A stretch of 64,000 nucleotides of DNA from Eledone cirrhosa (taxonomy: Eukaryota). The position numbers were made by a program, and so were the translations under genes. Of this stretch, positions 55,005 through 64,000 are shown piece after piece. Numbering within the stretch: the stretch's first letter is position 1; every line of letters starts with the position of its first letter. Under the pieces are notes generated by a model. The model saw nothing but the letters and a program-made list of their open reading frames with translations. It had not been told where the DNA came from and did no database searches. The stretch covers positions 10,478,001 to 10,542,000 of the forward strand of contig OZ024751.1 of assembly GCA_964016885.1 (NCBI GenBank), written 5' to 3'.

Positions 55005-57904
55005 ACAATATAAACAGTTTTATAGATAAATAGATTCGACATACCGTTATAACACCCACTTCCATTTGAAGAGGTTTACGCTGGCAGTGAAAAAAATTTT
55101 ACACAGAGAGAAAGAAAGAGAGAAAAAAGAAAGAAAGACAGAAAACGAAGAAAAGGAAGAAAAAGAAGAAATGCATGGAACAAAATAGAGAGATGGAAAG
55201 ATAGATAAAGCGAAGAACTTCATGTAAAGAAACAGAAAGAGATATATATATATAGAGAGAGAGGAAATAGAGATAGATACATATATATATATAGAAAATT
55301 AGGTAGTGGGAGGTCATTTTGAGTAAATGTATCAATGATACATTTATTTATTTATTTATTTATTTATTTAGCTCAAGTATTAATGTAAGGGAGATATATA
55401 GAGAGAGAGAAAAAATATAGAGAGAGGAAAAAATAGCGAGAGAAAAAAAAAAAAAAAAAAAAAAAATTTAAAAATAGCCGGATATATTTGAGGCGTATAT
55501 ATATATATATTTATATATATATGTTTATATATATATATATATATGTTTATATATATATATATGTTTATAGATATATATATATATGTTTATAGATATATAT
55601 ATATATGTTTATAGATATATATATATATGTTTATAGATATATATATATATGTTTATAGATATATATATATATATGTTTATAGATATATATATATATATGT
55701 TTATAGATATATATATATATATATATGTTTATATATATATATATATATATGTTTATATATATATATATATATATGTTTATATATATATATATATATGTTT
55801 ATAGATATATATATATATATGTTTATAGATATATATATATATATATATGTTTATATATATATATATATATATGTTTATATATATATATATATATATGTTT
55901 ATATATATATATATATAAACATATAAATATATATATAAACATATAAACATATATATATATATATATATGTTTATAGATATATATATATATGTTTATAGAT
56001 ATATATATATATATATGTTTATATATATATATATATATGTTTATATATATATATATATGTTTATATATATATATATATATATGTTTATATATATATATAT
56101 ATATATGTTTATATATATATATATAAACATATAAATATATATATAAACATATAAACATATATATATATATATATATATATATAAACATATATATATATAT
56201 AAACATATATATAAACATATATAAACATATATATATATATATAAACATATATATATATAAACATATATATATAAACATATATATATATATATAAACATAT
56301 ATATAAACATATATATATATAAACATATATATATAAACATATATATATATATATAAACATATATATAAACATATATATATATATATAAACATATATATAT
56401 ATATATAAACATATATATATATATATAAACATATATATATATATATAAACATATATATATATATAAACATATATATATATATAAACATATATATATATAT
56501 AAACATATATATATATATAAACATATATATATATATATATATATAAACATATATATATATATATAAACATATATATATATATATATATATATATAAACAT
56601 ATATATATATATATATAAACATATATATATATATAAACATATATATATATATATATATATATATAAACATATATATATATATATATATATAAACATATAT
56701 ATATATATATATAAACATATATATATATAAACATATATATAAACATATATATATATATAAACATATATATATATATATATAGACATATATATATATATAT
56801 AAACATATATATATATATATAAACATATATATATATATATAAACATATATATATATATATAAACATATATATATATAAACATATATATATATATATAAAC
56901 ATATATATATATATATAAACATATATATATATATAAACATATATAAACATATATAAACATATATATATATATAAACATATATAAACATATATATATATAA
57001 ACATATATATAAACATATATATATAAACATATATATATATATATAAACATATATATATATATATATAAACATATATATAAACATATATATAAACATATAT
57101 ATAAACATATATATAAACATATATAAACATATATATAAACATATATATAAACATATATAAACATATATATAAACATATATAAACATATATATAAACATAT
57201 ATAAACATATATATAAACATATATATAAACATATATATAAACATATATATAAACATATATATAAACATATATAAACATATATATAAACATATATATAAAC
57301 ATATATAAACATATATATAAACATATATATAAACATATATAAACATATATATAAACATATATATAAACATATATAAACATATATATAAACATATATAAAC
57401 ATATATAAACATATATATATATATATAAACATATATATATATATATAAACATATATATAAACATATAAACATATATATAAACATATATATATAAACATAT
57501 ATATAAACATATATATAAACATATATATAAACATATATATAAACATATATAAACATATATATAAACATATATAAACATATATAAACATATATATAAACAT
57601 ATATATATATATATATAAACATATATATATATAAACATATATATATATATATATAAACATATATATATATAAACATATATATATATAAACATATATATAT
57701 ATATAAACATATATATATATAAACATATATATATATATAAACATATATATATATAAACATATATATATATATATATAAACATATATATATATATAAACAT
57801 ATATATAAACATATATATATATATAGACAAACCTCCACATTCCTAGTAAGGGATGCAGCGATAGAAAGCCTGCCAAACTTTTGTGAATTGTGGTGGTGGT
57901 GGTG

Positions 57905-57935
<31 letters not shown>

Positions 57936-58083
57936 GGGGGGTGGAATTATGTCACTGTTTCGTCAGAGACAATGGCTGACAGCAGGAAATAAAGATAAGG
58001 ATTATATAAAGAGAGAGGAAAGACAATAGCTTGCTACAGCAAAACACACACGCACGCACGCACGCACACACACACATCTGTCG

Positions 58084-58296
58084 CCTTCTGACAGGTTTGT
58101 AGTCGAGCCCGTAGCAGTGGAGACTTCTGGTATCCTTGACCCTAGGACCACCTCCCTACTCACCACCATCGGCACGGAGTTGGCTCCCCGCAGGTATGAG
58201 CCTCGCGAGCTGGAATGGTTCTTTCAATGCATCTCCCCCATCATCCTCCGGGAAAACCCCTTCTCCATTCTGTCTGCCGGGGCAACCAGCGCATGA
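58084..58296 (+). mobile_element. CRE/R2-group non-LTR 3' fragment (restriction-like endonuclease C-terminus)
   Basis: Reads FVVEPVAVETSGILDPRTTSLLTTIG...EPRELEWFFQCISPIILRENPFSIL*, fitting the P.A.ET.G...Q..S....R.N..SI pattern. Confidence 0.75.
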
Positions 58297-59519
58297 GCTT
58301 GCATATAACAGTGAAAAATGGGGGGGGGAGGGAGGGGTAGGAAGGGAAGGAGGGATAACATCAATACATACATGTACTTAAGAGATCGATAAATATCATT
58401 TTGAGGTGGAGATGCTGTACACCTGCCAGGAGGAGTTTTTCTGCTACAACACTTTCAACAAAAACAGAAGAGAAATAGTGAAGAAGAAATAAAAATTAAA
58501 AAAGGTGAAAAAGGAGTTCAATGTTTCTGTTGTTAAAGGTGGGATTTAACCTTTTAACATTTACATTACTCTATATATACTATTGTATTTTGACAAGGGT
58601 GGTGGATTGGCAGTATCGGTAGAGGGTTGGACGCCATGCTCTCCAGCATAGCTACGTCCCTTTACGATCTGAGTTCAAATCCCGCCGAGGTTGACTTTGC
58701 CTTTCATCCTTACGGGGTCGATAAAATAAAGTACCAGTAATGCACTGGATAATTGCTGGCCTTGTGCCTAGAGTAGAAACAATTACTCTATATATATGTA
58801 TTTTCACAGTAAAGGCTTTACCTCACATATCTATCTCAACATTTACATTACTCTATACATACTATTGTATTTTCACAGTAAAGCTTTACCTCACCTATTT
58901 ATCTCACAACATTTACATTACTCTATACATACTATTGTATTTTCAAAGTAAAGGCTTTACCTCATATAATATCGAATCTACGAGATTTTGATATTATTTA
59001 TTTTGAGAACAATACCTTAACATAAGTATGAGCAGCTGGTTAATGCTAGTTTGAACAGAAAGAGATGAGAGAATTCTGGCCTGATGCAGCTGGTTTAACT
59101 GGTAAAGGGTTAAGTTCAGAACTTACAAAACTGGAACAGATACAGATAAAAAGGTATCATGACTGATATTCTAAGAATTTCACTAGACTAATCTATCACC
59201 ATGGACTCGTACTTTATTTATCAACCTCAGTGGTATTTGAACTCAGAGCCGAGAGAGTTGGAACAAATACTGTAAGGCTACTTCACCACCTTGATTTAGT
59301 GGTTGGTTACATTTTATCTTATAGATATGTCCATCTATTATCTTTACAGGGAGATGAATAGGTAATAAGGTGGGGAAGGGAGGGGAGGAGGGTTCTATGT
59401 AGTCTTTCAAATAGCTAGAAATAGTAACCTAACAACTTTCTCAAATGACCCCGTACAAAAAAAAAAAAAAAAATCAAAACAAAAAAAACACAATGTCAAC
59501 CCCGTATGGTGATCTGGTG

Positions 59520-60415
59520 CTATAACCCAGTCCGCCCTGTAAGGTGGTTGTTGAGGTGACACGTAGAAAAAGCACCCAATCTACTGTGTAAGGTGGTCAT
59601 GTTGGTGACAATAAAAAAAGCACCTAGTTCACTCTGTAACATGGTCATGCTGGCGACACAAAAAAGTATCCTGTCCACCCTGTAAGATGGTTAAACACCC
59701 AGTCTACTGTGTAAGGTGGTCATGCTGTGATGCGTCAAAAAGTACTCAGTCCACCCTGTAATGTGGTCATGCTGTGACATGTCAAAAAAGCACCCAGTCC
59801 ACCCTTTAAGGTGGTCATGCTGTGACATGTCAAAAAAGTACCCAGTCCACCCTGTAATGTGGTCATGCTGTGACATGTCAAAAAAGCACCCAGTCCACCC
59901 TTTAAGGTGGTCATGCTGTGTGACATGTCAAAAAAGCACCCAATCCACCCTGTAAGGTGGTCATGCTGTGACATGTCAAAAAAGCACCCAGTCCACCCTG
60001 TAAGGTGGTCATGCTGTGACATGACAAAAAAAGTACCCAGTCCACCCTGTAAGGTGGTCATGCTGTGACATGTCAAAAAAGTACCCAATCCACCCTGCAA
60101 GGTGGTCATGCTGGTGACATGATAAAAAAAGCATACAGTCTACTCTGAAAGGTGGTCATGCTGATGACATGATAAAAAAAGCACCCAGTTCACCCTGTAA
60201 GGTAGTCATTTCGGTGTCATGATAAAAAGCACCCAGTCCACACTGTAACAACATGATTGATGTTAGGAAGGGCATCAAGCCATAGAAATCAAACCAAAAT
60301 AGAAATCTGTATGAGCAAGACAATTGTCACCTGATCTGAATTGTCTCATAATGTGACAACCCGTCTAACCCATGCAAGCATGGAAAAATAGACATTAAAT
60401 AGTGATGATGATGAT
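59520..60415 (+). repeat. ~41-bp tandem expansion inside an RTE/SINE tail
   Basis: AAAAAGCACCCAGTCCACCCTGTAAGGTGGTCATGCTGTGACATGTC units, then the standard tail and (TGA)n. Confidence 0.85.
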
Positions 60416-60999
60416 ATCTAAAATTTGGGGTGGTTATAAGTTCAATTGCTCCAGCTGTCATCTCTGAAGGATTTAACCCTTTAGCATTTAAACCGGTTAT
60501 ATCTGGCCAGAATTCTCTCACCTCTTTCTGTTTAAACTGGTCGTAACAGCCCACTCATACTGACGTTAAGGTATTATTCTCAAAATAAATAATATCAAAA
60601 TCTCATAGATTTGATAATTATGTGAGATAAAGTCTTTACCAAGAAAGTACAACACTAAATATAGAGTAATGTAAATGCTAAAGAGTTAAATGATGATGAT
60701 GATGCCTAAATATTGGGGTAGTTATAACTTGAATTGTTCCTGAATTGCCATCTCAGAGATTTAAATGATGATATTTAAATATTAGGGAGATTATAACTTG
60801 AATTGCTCCAGCTGCCATCTCTGAGGGATTTTTGATTCTTTTTATTTTGATTTCTGTACTAACCCAGTTTTCCACCATCTTAATTAATTTGTTACAATCA
60901 TGTATATATCCTCAGGCTACTGTAGTGAGAGAGAGAGAGAGATAATCTATGATTGTGTGTTTAAATAGGATTATAAATGAGAAGATAATGTCATTCTAA

Positions 61000-62602
61000 C
61001 AACACCACCATCAACATCTACAGTCAACAACACCACCAAGACAACCAAGACCACCATCAACTACCACCACCACCACCACCATCAACTTCTAGTCAACACC
61101 ACCACCACCAACTTCTACAGTCAACACCAAAACCACCATCAACTTTTAGTCACCACCACCACCATCAACTTCTAGTTAACACCACCGCCACCATCAACAT
61201 CTACAGTCAACAACACCACCACCACCAAGACAACCAAGACCACCATCAACTACCACCACCACCACCACCACCATCAACTTCTAGTCAACACCACCACCAC
61301 CAACTTCTACAGTCAACACCAAAACCACCATCAACTTTTAGTCACCACCAAAACCACCATCAACTTTTAGTCACCACCACCACCATCAACTTTTAGTCAC
61401 CACCACCACCATCAACTTCTAGTCAACACCACCGCCACCATCAACATCTACAGTCAACAACACCACCACCACCAAGACAACCAAGACCACCATCAACTTC
61501 TACCACCACCACCAACAACACCACCACCACCACTGCCAATAACAGCTCTACAGTCACCACCACCAACAACACCACCACCACTGCCAATAACAGCTCTACA
61601 GTCACCACCACCAACAACAACACCACCACCACTGCCAATAACAGCTCTACAGTCACCACCACCACTGCCAATAACAGCTCTACAGTCACCACCAACAACA
61701 CCACCACCACCACTGCCAATAACAGCTCTACAGTCACCACCACCAACAACACCACCACCACTGCCAATAACAGCTCTACAGTCACCACCACCAACAACAC
61801 CACCACCACTGCCAATAACAGCTCTACAGTCACCACCACCAACAACACCACCACCACTGCCAATAACAGCTCTACAGTCACCGCCACCAACAACACCACC
61901 ACCACTGCCAATAACAGCTCTACAGTCACCGCCACCAACAACACCATCACCACTGCCAATAACAGCTCTACAGTCACCGCCACCAACAACACCACCACCA
62001 CTGCCAATAACAGCTCTACAGTCACCACCACCAACAACACCACCACCACTGCCAATAACAGCTCTACAGTCACCACCACCAACAACACCACCACCACTGC
62101 CAACAACAGCTCTACAGTCACCACCACCAACAACAACACCACCATCACCACTGCCAATAACAGCTCTACAGTCACCACCACCAACAACAACACCACCATC
62201 ACCACTGCCAATAACAGCTCTACAGTCACCACCACCAACAACACCATCACCACTGCCAATAACAGCTCTACAGTCACCACCAACACCACCACTGCCAATA
62301 ACAACAGCTCTACCACCAACACCACCACTGCCAATAACAACAGCTCTACAGTCACCGCCACCAACACCACCACCAATAACAACGGCTCTACCACCACCAC
62401 CACCACCACCAATAACAACAGCTCTACCACCGCCAACAACAACACCACCACTGCCAATAACAACAGCTCTACCACCAACACCACCAACACAACCACCACC
62501 AACACAACCACCACCAAGAACACCACCACCAACACCACCACAACCAAGAACACCACCACCACCAACACCACCAACACAATCACTACCACCACCACCACCA
62601 AC
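61000..62602. repeat. (CAC/CAA)-rich minisatellite, ~45-bp unit
   Basis: ACTGCCAATAACAGCTCTACAGTCACCACC units. Confidence 0.95.
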
Positions 62603-64000
62603 TTACATAACACATACACACAAAAGCTTACATATTACACACACCAATGTCTAAGCATGTGTGTATGTGTATTTGTATGCAAATGAGTGTCTATGTGTGT
62701 GTGTGTTTATGCAAGTGAGAGTGCATATGTACATGCATTGGAGTGTGTGTATGCATGTGAGTATGTGTATGCAAGTGAGTGTGAATGCAAATGTGTATCC
62801 AAGTGTGTGTGTGTATGTATGTATGCAAGTGTGTGTATGTATATGTGTGTGTGAGTGTAAGCAAGTTTTTGTGTGTGTAAGCAAGTGTATGCGTGTGAGT
62901 CTAAGCAAGTGTGTGTGTACGAGTGTTTGTGCATGTTTATGCATGTGTGTGTATGTGTATGTGTATGTTTATGCATGTGTGTGTCTGTGTGTGTGAATGC
63001 AAGTGTGTATTTGTGTAAGCACATGTGTATGTGTGTGTCAGAGAGATCAATCACCTAAAATCAGGATTAGAAAATAGATTTGTCATTCATATAAATGGAA
63101 GCCCAACACTTGAGATAACAGGATGCAGCTTCTTCAGTGTCCAAGTAGATCCATTTTGAGAACATTTCCTGCTTTTTCTATTGTAGGCATTTGACATTGT
63201 TATCATGGAAAGACTAACTGACCACTACAGCCAAAGTCATTGTTACTACTGGGCAGATACTGGTCAAGTGGTCACGTCTTCTTGAATAGAATCATGATCT
63301 CTACTATCTAATAATTGTTTCTGCTTTTGGCACAAGGCCAGCAATTATCCCCAGTGCATTACTGGTACTTTATTTTATCGACCTCGTAAGGATGAAAGGC
63401 AAAGTTAACCTCGGCAGGATTTGAACTCAGAACGTAAAGGGCCATAACTATGCTGAAAAGCTCTACCGATACTGCCAATCCACCACTATTTCTACTATAT
63501 AATTATTGTTTGTGATTTTGGCACAAGGCCAGCAATTACCTCAGTGTATTACTGGTACTTTCTTTTATCGACCCCCGTAAGGATGAAAGGTAAATTTAAC
63601 CTCGGCAGGATTTGAACTCAATAATAATGATTTCTGATTTAGACGCCAGCAATTTTTAGGGGAGGGAAAAATAGATTAAATTGACTCCAGTGTATTACTG
63701 GTGCTTTATTTTATTGATCGACTCCGTAAGGGTGAAAGGCAAAGCTAACCTCAGAAGGATTTGAACTCAGATCGTAAAGGAACGTAACTCTATGCTGCAA
63801 ATATGGTGTCCGACGCTCTACCGATTCTGCCAATCAAATAGAATAATGACATAGGGTAGGGAGGAAGAGAGGTTGATGAGGAAAAAACCCATGGTATAAC
63901 AGACAGTGCCGGATTTAGGACAAATGAGGCCCTGTATTAGTTAAGTGATGAGGCCCCTTTTAAATGTTTGACATTTGAAAAACATTTGAAAAATTCATCG

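Noticed and set aside
61441-62619. 392-aa Val/Leu ORF, mucin-like on the opposite strand
   Set aside because: Minisatellite with no splice or start context supporting coding.
63055-63300. Possible exon
   Set aside because: Stops in the frames tested; may be a decayed RT fragment, but not supportable.

Overview
Repeat-rich eukaryotic genomic DNA, most likely octopus (coleoid cephalopod), inferred from the tRNA-derived SINE and RTE LINE families and abundant (TA)/(CA)/(CAT) microsatellites. The recognisable host gene is DSTYK on the minus strand. Six phase-compatible GT-AG exons of its N-terminal non-catalytic region lie at 20764->2994, with a candidate 21-nt microexon at 2540-2560. The kinase exons lie left of the window and the first exon was not found. 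A possible unidentified minus-strand exon chain lies at 46.7-24.4 kb. The rest is transposon debris: RTE LINEs with a PHD-like finger inside the RT, a decayed Tx1/L1 LINE, a Naiad-type Penelope-like element (PLE) split by an RTE, a Helitron with a Pif1 remnant, a CRE-like fragment, piggyBac/hAT/mariner/Tigger MITEs, SINEs and minisatellites. The most notable hidden layer is a set of type I hammerhead ribozyme (HHR) motifs. One sits in a 464-bp ORF-less tandem unit whose second copy stops 2 nt from the predicted cleavage site (retrozyme-like). Another lies sense-strand in a DSTYK intron with its inverted copy in the same intron. All calls were read by eye; no searches were run.
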